Sequence record: MF385003.1
Strand: one strand, 5' to 3'
DNA length: 32,000 nt
Below the pieces are notes generated by a model. That model saw nothing but the letters and a program-made list of their open reading frames with translations. It did no database searches and was not told the origin of the DNA. Within the stretch, counting starts at the first letter, position 1, and every line of letters starts with the position of its first letter. This document shows positions 9,659-22,100 of this stretch, piece after piece. Made by a program: the position numbers and the translations under genes.

Positions 9659-10525
9659 ATGGCAAAATTTGAATTGATCCCTTATAGATTATATTTAAGT
9701 CAATCTAGAACCTGGATGCACAAAATTAAGGCAGAGGTAAAGATATACGTCCTTTTATTATTATGGATTTCAATTTTTCTTTTATCTTATCGCAAGTTGC
9801 TTATTGTTGCTTTCAGCTTAATAATCACTAGCAGTACAATTAAATGTAATCAATACATACTAAGAAAACATTTTTTTCAAACTTTTGTCATGGTCATTGT
9901 GACCATGCTCTTTTCGCTTAGTGTTACAAATAACTATCAATACCATTTAAAGAAAGAAAAATATCAATCTATATCATTGTGCTGGACACAAAAAGCAATC
10001 CAAAGATATATACCTAAACAAATAACTCATTTCAATGATCAGATACCAGAAAAGATATTATTTGCAATAAAACCAGGATCGTATTTTTTCATCACAATAT
10101 ATTCTATTAAATTAGTTATGATGACAACTTCCTCGGAAGTTTTAGCGCTAACTATTTATAAAAACAATATTATCAATCAAATTTTCAATAATGAATTGCT
10201 TTTCATGTTTTTATTATCTTCACATATTGTTAACAATATAATAGTGAAAATGGAAAAAATTGCACAAATAATGAGCTTAAGAGGTAGTTTGAATTTACGC
10301 AAACAGTCAACAAGACTCTTTACACTATTTTTTCTCATATCTAAGTTATTTTTTTCTGAAATAATAAAAGAATCGACAGAAATATCTCAATCACTATATG
10401 CTAGAAATCTCAATCAAGAAAATGATAACTTTCTAAAAATATATGTATCTCAATTTAGCACAAATGACTATATATGCTTGTTCATTAGTACGATATATGT
10501 AACAATTTTGTTTTTATCTTGGTAG
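9659..10525 (+). CDS. Polytopic membrane protein resembling the EcfT/CbiQ transmembrane component of energy-coupling-factor transporters
   Basis: 288 aa. The N-terminus YRLYLSQSRTWMHKIKAEVKIYVLLLLWISIF follows the EcfT pattern Y..g.S..H.ld...K. An MMTTSSEVLAL block (TT.p.el) is present, along with two C-terminal A...R(G)-type motifs (IAQIMSLRGSLNLR and SQSLYARNLNQ). The assignment is by pattern only. Confidence 0.55.
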   Translation: MAKFELIPYRLYLSQSRTWMHKIKAEVKIYVLLLLWISIFLLSYRKLLIVAFSLIITSSTIKCNQYILRKHFFQTFVMVIVTMLFSLSVTNNYQYHLKKEKYQSISLCWTQKAIQRYIPKQITHFNDQIPEKILFAIKPGSYFFITIYSIKLVMMTTSSEVLALTIYKNNIINQIFNNELLFMFLLSSHIVNNIIVKMEKIAQIMSLRGSLNLRKQSTRLFTLFFLISKLFFSEIIKESTEISQSLYARNLNQENDNFLKIYVSQFSTNDYICLFISTIYVTILFLSW

Positions 10526-10631
10526 GAGCAATTTATATTGCTGACTCTGTTAATACGAAGAATAATAAAGTTGTTATGTTATCCTTATATTAAAAATATA
10601 AGATATTTTATAAATAATTAATTGTTGCATT

Positions 10632-12095
10632 ATGGTCAATACTCAAAATCCAATTTCGCAGACTTCTGATCTCGATTATATAGTGAATCAGCCATATAAA
10701 TATGGATTTACAACTTCTGTAGAATCTGAACAATTTCCTAGAGGAATAAGTCAAGAAGTTGTGAAGTTAATTTCTAAGAAAAAAAATGAACCTGAATATT
10801 TATTGAATTTCAGGCTGAAAGCTTATGACAAATGGACTAAAATGAAGAATCCAACTTGGGCTCATTTAAAGCATCCAACTATAGATTTTAATAATATAAT
10901 TTATTATGCCGTTCCAAAGTTAAAAAAAGAATTAAATAGTTTAGATGAAGTAGATCCAGAAATTTTAGACACCTTTAATAAATTAGGTATATCTTTGAAT
11001 GAGCAAAAAAGACTTAGCAATGTAGCTGTTGATGCAGTTTTTGATAGCGTCTCAATTGCAACTACTTTTAAAAAAGAGTTGGCAGAAGCTGGGGTCATAT
11101 TCTGTTCAATTTCTGAAGCTATACGAAACTATCCCGATTTAATTCAAAAATATTTAGGTACTGTTGTGCCTTCGGGTGATAATTATTTTGCAGCATTAAA
11201 TTCTGCGGTATTTAGTGATGGATCTTTCTGCTATATTCCACCGAATACAATTTGCCCTTTAGAGCTGTCAACATATTTTCGTATTAACAATGAAGAGTCT
11301 GGGCAGTTTGAAAGAACATTAATTGTAGCTGATCGAGGAAGTAAAGTAAGTTATTTAGAAGGTTGTACAGCTCCTCAGTACGATACAAATCAACTACATG
11401 CAGCAATTGTAGAATTAATTGCACTTGACGATGCAGAAATTAAGTATTCAACAGTACAAAATTGGTATGCAGGAAATAAGGACGGTCAAGGTGGCATATA
11501 CAATTTTGTTACTAAAAGAGGCTTATGCTCTGGGAAGAATTCTAAAATTTCATGGACTCAGGTAGAAACTGGATCAGCAATTACTTGGAAATATCCTGGC
11601 TGTATTTTAGCAGGTGACAATTCTCAGGGAGAATTTTATTCGGTAGCCTTAACCAATAACTACCAAGAAGCTGATACGGGTACTAAAATGATACATATTG
11701 GAAATAATACTAAAAGTAAAATTATATCTAAAGGTATCTCTGCTGGTAAATCCAAAAATAGTTATAGAGGATTAGTAAAAATTGGTCCACAATCATTTAA
11801 TTCTCGCAATTATTCTCAGTGTGATTCTTTATTAATAGGTCACTCATCTCAAGCCAATACTTTTCCGTATATTCAAGTACAAAATCCAACATCAAAAGTA
11901 GAACACGAAGCATCTACGTCGAAAATCAGCGAAGATCAAATTTTTTATTTCTTACAAAGAGGAATTAGCTTAGAAGAGTCTGTGTCTCTTATGATTAGTG
12001 GTTTCTGTAAAGATGTATTTAACGAGTTGCCTATGGAATTTGCAGTAGAGGCAGATCGTTTATTAAGTTTAAAATTAGAAGGAACTGTAGGATGA
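10632..12095 (+). CDS. sufB: Fe-S cluster assembly scaffold protein SufB (Ycf24)
   Basis: 487 aa with conserved SufB blocks: [52 protein letters not shown], and [20 protein letters not shown]...[22 protein letters not shown]. Confidence 0.96.
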   Translation: MVNTQNPISQTSDLDYIVNQPYKYGFTTSVESEQFPRGISQEVVKLISKKKNEPEYLLNFRLKAYDKWTKMKNPTWAHLKHPTIDFNNIIYYAVPKLKKELNSLDEVDPEILDTFNKLGISLNEQKRLSNVAVDAVFDSVSIATTFKKELAEAGVIFCSISEAIRNYPDLIQKYLGTVVPSGDNYFAALNSAVFSDGSFCYIPPNTICPLELSTYFRINNEESGQFERTLIVADRGSKVSYLEGCTAPQYDTNQLHAAIVELIALDDAEIKYSTVQNWYAGNKDGQGGIYNFVTKRGLCSGKNSKISWTQVETGSAITWKYPGCILAGDNSQGEFYSVALTNNYQEADTGTKMIHIGNNTKSKIISKGISAGKSKNSYRGLVKIGPQSFNSRNYSQCDSLLIGHSSQANTFPYIQVQNPTSKVEHEASTSKISEDQIFYFLQRGISLEESVSLMISGFCKDVFNELPMEFAVEADRLLSLKLEGTVG

Positions 12096-12847
12096 GTAAT
12101 TATATTTTAGAAATTAAAGATTTGCATGCTTCAATTAGCGATATACCCATATTGAAAGGTGTCAATTTATCTATTAAACCCGGTGAAATACATGCTATTA
12201 TGGGCCCTAACGGATCAGGCAAGAGCACTTTGTCTAAACTTATTGCAGGTCATCCGGCGTATTCATTATTAAGTGGAGATATTTTATTCTATGGAAAAAG
12301 TATTCTTCAAATGGAACCTGATGAAAGGGCAAGAGCTGGCATTTTTCTTGCTTTTCAGTATCCAGTTGAGATTCCAGGAGTAAGTAATGCTGATTTTTTA
12401 AGAATTGCTTTAAATGCTAGAAGGAAATTTAAGAAATTACCAGAATTAAGCCCTTTGGAGTTTTTTCAATTAATAACAGAGAAGATTGATCTTGTAGGAA
12501 TGAAAGAAAGTTTTTTAACTAGAAATGTTAATGAAGGCTTCTCTGGTGGGGAAAAAAAACGGAATGAAATTCTTCAAATGGCACTCCTAGATAGCAATCT
12601 ATCTATATTAGACGAAACAGATTCAGGCCTCGATATTGATGCCCTTAGGATAATTGCTCAAGGAATTAATACATTAGCGACTCCGACTAATTCAATTGTT
12701 TTAATAACTCATTATCAAAGACTCCTTGATTATATTATCCCAGATTTTGTGCATATTATGAGTGATGGTAAGATTGTAAAAACAGGAAATGTTAGTCTTG
12801 CACAAGATTTAGAAAAGCATGGATATGATTGGATTAAAGGAACTTAA
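12092..12847 (+). CDS. sufC: Fe-S cluster assembly ATPase SufC (Ycf16)
   Basis: 251 aa with Walker [10 protein letters not shown], the ABC signature [10 protein letters not shown] and Walker [15 protein letters not shown]. Its start overlaps the sufB stop (ATGA at 12092-12095). Confidence 0.96.
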   Translation: MSNYILEIKDLHASISDIPILKGVNLSIKPGEIHAIMGPNGSGKSTLSKLIAGHPAYSLLSGDILFYGKSILQMEPDERARAGIFLAFQYPVEIPGVSNADFLRIALNARRKFKKLPELSPLEFFQLITEKIDLVGMKESFLTRNVNEGFSGGEKKRNEILQMALLDSNLSILDETDSGLDIDALRIIAQGINTLATPTNSIVLITHYQRLLDYIIPDFVHIMSDGKIVKTGNVSLAQDLEKHGYDWIKGT

Positions 12848-12857
12848 TCTTTTAAAA

Positions 12858-12899
12858 AGAATAATGAGGCTAAAGATTTTTCTTTAGCCTCATTATTCT
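12858..12899. terminator. Hairpin between convergent sufC and atpA (bidirectional terminator candidate)
   Basis: A 17-bp perfect stem (agaataatgaggctaaa 12858-12874 / tttagcctcattattct 12883-12899) has an 8-nt loop. It begins 11 nt after the sufC stop and ends 23 nt beyond the atpA stop. Confidence 0.6.
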
Positions 12900-12922
12900 C
12901 TAAAGATATTGCCGATTGCTAG

Positions 12923-14452
<1,530 letters not shown>

Positions 14453-14519
14453 TTAATTAATGAGAAATTCTAAAGTGATAAATATACAAACTAACTATGT
14501 TTGTATTATTACCTTTATT

Positions 14520-15080
14520 TTATATTGCTGCTACATCAAGATGCGAAGCCATCTGCCTTAGTTGTCCTCTAATACTAGTATCAATAACTTTTGAACCAAT
14601 TTGAATAGTAAAGCCACCAATTAATTCAGGATCAACGGAAATAACTAGTTTAACTTCTTTCGCATTCGTCATAGCTTTGATTTTATCTGTTAAAAGATTT
14701 TCTTGATCAGAGTTCAAAGCAATAGAAGTGCTAATATTTGCGATTGTTAGAGATTCCATTTCATACGCAAGTTCTAAGTACTTGCTAGCTATCACATCTA
14801 ACATAGCAATTCTTTTGCGATCAACTAAAACCATCAAAAATGATAGTGTGTTTTCACTGATTTGATCACCAAAAGTTGCTGTAATTACTTGCTTTTTTGC
14901 TCCTATTGTTTTTAACGGGTTAGCTAAAAAATATTTCAGCTTTGCAGATTGCAACAAAATGTCTTCTATCAGCTTCATATCTTGACTAATTTGTTCTATA
15001 GCTTTTTTACTATTTGCTAAATCAAGAAGAGCTGACGCATAAGGCTGTGCTATTTTTACGACAAGATTATTATTGCTCAT
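14520..15080 (-). CDS. atpD: ATP synthase CF1 delta subunit
   Basis: 186 aa with an OSCP/delta-family layout (YASALLDLA... and C-terminal GGFTIQIGSKVIDTSIRGQL). It lies between atpF and atpA. Confidence 0.9.
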   Translation of the reverse strand: MSNNNLVVKIAQPYASALLDLANSKKAIEQISQDMKLIEDILLQSAKLKYFLANPLKTIGAKKQVITATFGDQISENTLSFLMVLVDRKRIAMLDVIASKYLELAYEMESLTIANISTSIALNSDQENLLTDKIKAMTNAKEVKLVISVDPELIGGFTIQIGSKVIDTSIRGQLRQMASHLDVAAI

Positions 15081-15628
15081 AATTGATCTCCTAGCTTAGC
15101 AATATTATTATCAATAATACGTAGCTGAATATCCGAGCTCATTTGATTCTCCAACTGTAAAGTAACTTTCTTAAGAGCTAAAAATGTTATCTGCTGCTGG
15201 ATCTGTCTACGAATTTGCTTTTCAGCTGTCTCAATATTAGATTTTCCAGTTATAGCTAATCTCTCAATATCTAATTGTCCTTGAGCTAAAATAGAGCTTC
15301 TAACTTTTTCAGCCGTCAGTTGAGCTTCTTTTTTAATTTGGTCTATAATAATTTGAGTTTGAGCAAGTTGTTTTTCTGATTCTAATAATCTAGAACTTGC
15401 TTGCTCTAATCTGTCTTCTGATTCTTGTATAGCTGCTAAAACTTTTGCCTGTCTTTCATTTAGACTAGATCCAAGAGATTGTTTCAAAACATAAATCAAT
15501 CCAAACAAGAGCAACAAGATATTAATAACATTAGCTTCAAAAATATCAGAATTAAAACCGAATGTATGTTCACTACTATGTTCTGATAAAATAGTAATTA
15601 TTGATGTTGTGTTTACTATACTATTCAT
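15077..15628 (-). CDS. atpF: ATP synthase CF0 b subunit
   Basis: 183 aa with a single N-terminal TM helix (VINILLLLFGLIYVL) followed by a long charged coiled coil. The stop TGA overlaps the atpD ATG (ATGA). Confidence 0.88.
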   Translation of the reverse strand: MNSIVNTTSIITILSEHSSEHTFGFNSDIFEANVINILLLLFGLIYVLKQSLGSSLNERQAKVLAAIQESEDRLEQASSRLLESEKQLAQTQIIIDQIKKEAQLTAEKVRSSILAQGQLDIERLAITGKSNIETAEKQIRRQIQQQITFLALKKVTLQLENQMSSDIQLRIIDNNIAKLGDQL

Positions 15629-15677
15629 TTAAAATTCTTACTATTTAATACTATTTCAATATTTTAGTCAGGAATCA

Positions 15678-16154
15678 TTATTTTAAAGATTGCCTGCTTA
15701 AAAGCTTGGCCTTAATTTGATCACTCAAAGTATCAATCTGATCTTCTAAAGTTTTCAGGGCTTCTTCTTTTTGTATATTTAGTTGCTTAGAGGCTTCAGT
15801 AATTAATTTTTCTGCATTCATCTGAGCTTTTTTTATATCTTCAGAAACAATACTTTGAGCTTCTTTTTGAGAAGCAGCTATTTTAGCTTGAGCATCACGA
15901 CGGGCTTCTGATAAATCTTCTTCATATTTGGCAGCTAATTCATCTGCCTTGACAAGCATAGAAGAAGCTGTTGTTAATGTTGTCCTAATATATTCATCAC
16001 GGTCATCCAGTATTTTAGTTACCGGTTTATAAAAAATAGTATTCAGTAACAACATCAGAGTCAGAAACTGTAATGCCATTAAAGGCAAAGTTCCATTGAA
16101 ATCAAACAAGCCACCCTCAATTTCTTCGGCTAATAAAAGTGGTAAATAAATCAT
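15678..16154 (-). CDS. atpG: ATP synthase CF0 b' subunit
   Basis: 158 aa with an N-terminal TM segment ([22 protein letters not shown]) plus a coiled coil. It lies between atpH and atpF, as in cyanobacterial and red plastid atp operons. Confidence 0.86.
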   Translation of the reverse strand: MIYLPLLLAEEIEGGLFDFNGTLPLMALQFLTLMLLLNTIFYKPVTKILDDRDEYIRTTLTTASSMLVKADELAAKYEEDLSEARRDAQAKIAASQKEAQSIVSEDIKKAQMNAEKLITEASKQLNIQKEEALKTLEDQIDTLSDQIKAKLLSRQSLK

Positions 16155-16212
16155 TTTACTAATTATGTGTATAGTTAATAATTTGTTTTCAATTAAGAAA
16201 ATTAGCTGTATA

Positions 16213-16242
16213 TTGCGCTTAGTCTAACAAGACTAAGCGCAA
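16213..16242 (-). promoter_or_regulatory. 13-bp perfect stem-loop immediately 3' of atpH (mRNA stability/processing element candidate)
   Basis: ttgcgcttagtct (16213-16225) pairs with agactaagcgcaa (16230-16242) around a 4-nt loop. The stem starts 10 nt downstream of the atpH stop on the minus strand, and no U-run follows. Confidence 0.5.
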
Positions 16243-16251
16243 ATGATTATT

Positions 16252-16524
<273 letters not shown>

Positions 16525-16614
16525 TTAGTAGAAAATTGACAAATTTCGTATAATCTTTTGGAGCGGTTTAATTTAGTCTGATAGATTAAAACATCTGACT
16601 TTAATTATAGTATA

Positions 16615-17361
16615 CTACTCTTCTCCATGACCTTCCATTGCTTCTCCGATATAGGCAGCAGAAAGTGTAGAAAAAATTAGTGCTTGAATTGAACTAGCAA
16701 ACAAACCTAATATCATGACAGGTAGCGGTATTAAAATTGGAATTAGTAAAGTAAATACTGATACAACTAATTCATCGGCTAGTACATTTCCAAATAGTCG
16801 AAAGCTTAAAGATAATGGTTTTGTAAAGTCTTCTAAAATGTTAATTGGTAGTAAAACTGGTGTAGGCTGAACATACCTAGCAAAATAGCCTAATCCTTTT
16901 TTGCTTAACCCTGCATAAAAATATGCCAAAGAAGTTAATAATGACAATGCAACAGTTGTGTTAATATCGTTAGTTGGAGCAGCTAATTCACCTTCTGGTA
17001 GATGGATTAATTTCCAAGGAATTAAAGCGCCTGCCCAATTACAACCTAGGATAAACAGGAATAATGTAGCGATATAAGGAACCCAAGGACGATACTCATG
17101 CTCTCCTATTTGATTTTTTGCAATATCTTGTAAAAACTCTAGTACGAATTCCATAAAATTTTGAAATTTTTCTGGGATTCTTTGCAAATTTCTAGTACCT
17201 AGAAATGATATAGTTAATAATGCAGCAATTACTAACCATGAGACAATAAAAACTTGCCCATGTAATTGTAAACTACCTATTTTCCAATATAGATGTTTTC
17301 CTACTTCTACTGCTGATAAACAAGAGTATGGATTAAAATCTATAAGATTATTTTGATACAT
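16615..17361 (-). CDS. atpI: ATP synthase CF0 a subunit
   Basis: 248 aa, polytopic, with the conserved [16 protein letters not shown] arginine motif. Confidence 0.95.
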   Translation of the reverse strand: MYQNNLIDFNPYSCLSAVEVGKHLYWKIGSLQLHGQVFIVSWLVIAALLTISFLGTRNLQRIPEKFQNFMEFVLEFLQDIAKNQIGEHEYRPWVPYIATLFLFILGCNWAGALIPWKLIHLPEGELAAPTNDINTTVALSLLTSLAYFYAGLSKKGLGYFARYVQPTPVLLPINILEDFTKPLSLSFRLFGNVLADELVVSVFTLLIPILIPLPVMILGLFASSIQALIFSTLSAAYIGEAMEGHGEE

Positions 17362-17604
17362 AATAAATATTTTTTTAAATAGTATGCAATTGGTTTATTT
17401 TCAAAACCAAATTGTAAATTAGAGACAAAAATAAATTCTAATAGAGACGGCTATCTTAAGTAGTAATTATTTTTTCTAAAAATAAATTTTTCTACATATA
17501 AGGCTTTCAAGTTTAATTATATACCCATATATTAATTATTTAATATGATTATAGGTATTTTGGTAAAATCTTAATTTTAATGGCAAAAAATGAAGTGTAT
17601 AGAG

Positions 17605-18267
17605 TTATTTTCTGTTTAAAATATCAGCAACTTCATCAGCAAAATTAGCTTTGCTATTCTCTTCTCCTCCACCTAATACAAATCTGACAAAACGTCTGAT
17701 TTTAATATGTTCGCCTAATAAAGCAATATTTTGATTAATTAAGTCTTGTATTGTAATATCTTGATTCCGAATAAAGATTTGATCTAATAAAGATAACTCT
17801 TTAAGACGTTTTTTAATTCTGCCTTCAACTATTTTTTCTATCATTTCAGCTGACTTATTTTTTAAATCTTCTCTACCAGCCTCAATTCTTTTTTCTAAAT
17901 TGATTATTTCATCCGGGATGTGCATAATTGAGACATATTCAACATTAGGGCAAGCAGCTATTTGCATAGCAATATCTCTTGCTAATTTTTGGAACTCTGG
18001 GCGACGAGCTACAAAATCTGTTTCACAGTTTACTTCAACTAGTACACCAATTCTTCCACCTATATGGATATAGCTTTCTAATAAGCCTTCAATAGCGGTA
18101 CGACCAGATTTTTTGTTGGCAGAAGCTAGACCTTTTTGCCTTAATGATTCAAGAGCTTTTTCTTCATTGCCGTTACTTGCTTCTAAAGCTTTTTTGCAAT
18201 CCATCATACCTGCTCCAGTCTTATCTCGTAAAGCTTTTACAGTTTGAGCAGAAATTTGTAGTGTCAT
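17605..18267 (-). CDS. tsf: Translation elongation factor Ts
   Basis: 220 aa. [42 protein letters not shown] is the EF-Ts UBA-like N-domain, followed by [16 protein letters not shown]. Confidence 0.92.
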   Translation of the reverse strand: MTLQISAQTVKALRDKTGAGMMDCKKALEASNGNEEKALESLRQKGLASANKKSGRTAIEGLLESYIHIGGRIGVLVEVNCETDFVARRPEFQKLARDIAMQIAACPNVEYVSIMHIPDEIINLEKRIEAGREDLKNKSAEMIEKIVEGRIKKRLKELSLLDQIFIRNQDITIQDLINQNIALLGEHIKIRRFVRFVLGGGEENSKANFADEVADILNRK

Positions 18268-18312
18268 ATTGTTTTCAAAGATTTTTAATATATAAATTAA
18301 TGAAATAAATAT

Positions 18313-19038
18313 TTATTCGTCTTCAGCTGAGTGAGTCAATTCAGTTGGTTCCATTTGTCCATATTTACCTTCATAAATAGCATCTGCAATTTTTCCAATA
18401 ATTAATTTGATTGATCTAATTGCATCATCATTAGCAGGAATCGGAATATTAATAATTTCCGGGCTGCAATTAGTATCTAATATACAAATAGTTGGAATAC
18501 CTAACTTCAAACATTCTTGTATAGCTGTTGTTTCTCGCTTTTGATCTACAACTACAACAATATCTGGCAAACGATTCATATTCTTAATACCATTTAGATG
18601 CTTACGTAACTTATCCAATTCTCGTCTTAATACAGCTGCTTCTTTTTTGGGCAATTGATCAATAATTCCACTGCTATCTTGTTCTTCTAATTGTCTGAGA
18701 CGAGTTACTCTAGATTTAATTGTTACCCAGTTAGTTAACATGCCACCCAACCATCTTTGATTTACGTAGTAAGAGTCACAGCGTTGAGCTTCTTGCGCAA
18801 CTATACCAGCTGCTTGCCTTTTAGTCCCTAAAAACAAAACTTTTTTACCATCAGATGATGCTTGTTTAATAAAGTCGCATGCCTCGGTAAGTAATTGTGC
18901 AGTTTGCACTAAATCAATAATATGTATACCATTTCTTTCTGTATAAATATATGGAAACATTTTAGGATTCCATCTACGTGCTTGGTGTCCAAAATGAACC
19001 CCCGCTTCTAGTAATTCCGCTAAAGTCACAACAGCCAT
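18313..19038 (-). CDS. rps2: Ribosomal protein S2
   Basis: 241 aa with the conserved S2 blocks [28 protein letters not shown] and WLGGMLTNW. Confidence 0.96.
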   Translation of the reverse strand: MAVVTLAELLEAGVHFGHQARRWNPKMFPYIYTERNGIHIIDLVQTAQLLTEACDFIKQASSDGKKVLFLGTKRQAAGIVAQEAQRCDSYYVNQRWLGGMLTNWVTIKSRVTRLRQLEEQDSSGIIDQLPKKEAAVLRRELDKLRKHLNGIKNMNRLPDIVVVVDQKRETTAIQECLKLGIPTICILDTNCSPEIINIPIPANDDAIRSIKLIIGKIADAIYEGKYGQMEPTELTHSAEDE

Positions 19039-19181
19039 AAGGTTTTAATCTTTAATTTATTTAATTGTTCGGGAAATCCCTTTTATTAATCTTTATTTAA
19101 TTTAAGTATTTCTGTATATTATTAACTAATAATAACTTAACATACTTTTTGAATAGATTAAAAATAATATTATTGACAGAT

Positions 19182-22100
19182 TCAATCGACACTTTTGTTA
19201 TTAAAATAATTACGAGCTGTTCTATCATCTAAGATAATATCATCTAAGTCATCACGTACAGATGGCGTAATATTATCAGTACTAACATTTTTATTAGTAT
19301 CTTTTTTATTGGCAACATTATTATGATTATCACGCATAGTAAAACCTGTGCCAGCTGGTATTAATCTGCCAATAATAACATTCTCTTTAAGACCTCTTAA
19401 CCAATCTAATTTGCCGGAGATAGCAGCTTCTGTTAGAACTTTAGTAGTCTCTTGAAAGCTTGCTGCAGAAATAAAGCTTTCTGTATTTAAAGAAGCCTGA
19501 GTAATACCAAGTAAAACAGGGCGATATGATGCATTCAGTTTATTTCTTAATGTCATTGATTTATTAGTTTGCTCAATTTTTTGCAATTCAACAAGCTCTC
19601 CAGGCAAATAGCCCGTCTCTTCACCATTCTCTATTTTCACTTTTGAAGTCATTTGACGCACTATAACTTCTATATGCTTATCAGAAATATTGACCCCTTG
19701 AGACTGGTATACTAACTGAACTTCTTTAACGAGTAGCAACTGAATTTCTTGAAAACTGAGCCTTGCAGCTTCATATAATGATAATCCACATTCAATGTAT
19801 AGATTAAAACTTGCGTCTAAAATATCGTGAGGATTTAACAGTACATCTGTTTTTTTTCTTGCTTCAAGAATTTCTTCAATTCTAGGAAGACCTTGAATAA
19901 TATCTCCTGTTTTAGCTCTGTCAAAAACTAAAATTGCTAATGTTTCTCCTTTTCTAATTAATGCATTGTTATCAACATGTAAAATTGCACCATTAGAAAC
20001 TAGATAAGGTCTTGCAATTCTCAATGTAACGAATTCTTGAGAAATATGGGTAATTTGTCCTGACTCTAAGGCAATAATACTTTCACTTATTAAATCACCA
20101 CAACGAATCCAATCTCCGACTTTGACAGCAGTATTCTGCTGATGCAAATCAAATACTTTGTTATCGAGTGAAGTAGTAAGAAGAATTCTCCTATTGGTAT
20201 TCTTTTTGGCATCAATTTCTTCAACAAAACCTTTACTCATTGAAATAATTTCAGTGCTAGCAACAACTGTCAAAGGTGTAATATATTCACCATCACTGAC
20301 AATAATTCTTGTTTGACTTTGTTGTTTCTCTACTTTATTATCTATGCTTTTAATCGATAAGGTTTCAAATGTAGAAAATCCTAAAGCAAAAGAATTGCTA
20401 CTATTTTCTTTAGCTAAGAATTCTATTGCTGAAACCAAGTTAGGATCATGATGGTTAACTTCAGCTATTAAATTAGTTGTAACCAAATGTACGCCATCTA
20501 TAGATTTTACTCTTTCACCATCTCTAAAAAGAGTTCTTTTGACTAATTTTAATTTAGTTTGCTTGGTTGTTTGTGAAGCTAAGTTTTCAGTTAAAATAGA
20601 TTTTGTCTCAGGTATTGAATATACAATTACTGGTCTAATTAAAATATATGGGGTTTGCTCATTTTCTATATACTCCCAGTATACTAATTTATCTGTAGAT
20701 ATATTACCGTGAAGTGTCTCTCCGGGTCTTAAAAAACCGCGACTTTTATCATGAATACTGTGAAAATTGCTTAACTTGTAAATAGAGCCGGGCTTTATTA
20801 TTATTTCTCGAACTATACCATCTTTTTGGATAATTTCAATAATTCCAGAGCTTTTTGAAAAAATATTTTTGACCAACTCAGTTCCACTTTCAATAATATC
20901 ACCATTATTAACAAGTAATAATGAAGAATCTTTATTAATTTCATGTGTCTCTTCTGAAATCCACAATATATAACCTGGGCTCAGAATATCATATGCATCT
21001 TTTTTTGGGCCGGTCTTCTTTTTAGATACATTTAAATCTAAGTATTTTATAATTCCACCGCTTGTAGTTTTATATGTTTCAGATATCAATTCTCCAACTA
21101 TATGACCATGAGAAATTTTGTCATCTGGAAAAGATTTAAGCAAAAATCTCTGCTTATTTTCTGTTTCTAGAATATAAGACTCTTTTTTATTAATAACATC
21201 TTTATATATGTGACATCCTGGTATAATTATAGATTCAGTAATAATTTGTACATTGGTAATACTACTATTAGTATTTTGGTAGATTCTTACTTTACCACTA
21301 TATTTATTAATTAACTCTGTTTGCGCTAGTATAGTTCCAGGATTAACTTGATCAGCGTTATTAACTGTAATACTAGCTGAGTCTGGAATATTATAAACTT
21401 CGCCAGAAAGTACCCAAATCAAGCCACCAGTTCTAGTTATTCGAGTTGTATATTGATTATTATCAGTCTCTTCTACGGTTAAATTAGAAAAGCAAATTTT
21501 ACCGGAAAGGTCTGAAAGAACATGCTTTTGAGCTCTTTCTGTCATTAACCTATTTCTTCGAGGTGATTCTGCAATTACTTGATCTTTAGATACTATCTCA
21601 TTATTGGCGACTAAGAGAGTAGTACCTTTACTTAGATTAATTATTGATTTTTGTTTATCACTCGAATTAATAATAACTTGCGTGGGTTTTTCTGTCATCA
21701 GCGCTTGCTCACCATGTCTGGTTCGAACCTCTATATATGAGAGAGAATCTAAAGCTGTGAGCTTACCATTCGTCGGGGAATAGATTTGTTCTGCAAGTTC
21801 ACCTGTAAATACTCCACCTGTATGGAATGTTCTCATAGTTAATTGAGTACCTGGTTCTCCAATCGATTGGGCAGCAATGATACCTACAGCTTCTCCTAAA
21901 TCAACTAAGCGACCATGAGCAAGATTCCAGCCATAACAGTATTGACAAACAGAACTTCGAGAATTACAAGTAACTGGAGAACGCACTAAAACTTTTTTAA
22001 TACCTGCTCTTGTAATTTCTTGTGCTAAATTAGGACTAATATCTTGCTTAGTATGAGCAATTAAGCTACCTGTTTCTGGATGGAATATATTTTCTGCTAA

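Noticed and set aside
16536-16554. TTGACA ... TATAAT on the plus strand in the atpI-atpH spacer.
   Set aside because: The two hexamers are only 7 nt apart, whereas a sigma70-type promoter needs about 17. The orientation also points away from any plus-strand gene. The minus-strand look-alike (TTGTCA with TATAAT 12 nt downstream) also has the wrong spacing.
17362-17604. Scanned the larger spacers (17362-17604, 28279-28558, 29918-30192, 3454-3661) for rnpB, ssrA, ffs-type RNAs or small ORFs.
   Set aside because: These spacers are uniformly AT-rich, with no GC-rich helices or conserved RNA motifs recognisable by eye. The ORFs found are at most about 22 codons and have no familiar sequence. Covariance-model searches would be needed to exclude small RNAs formally.
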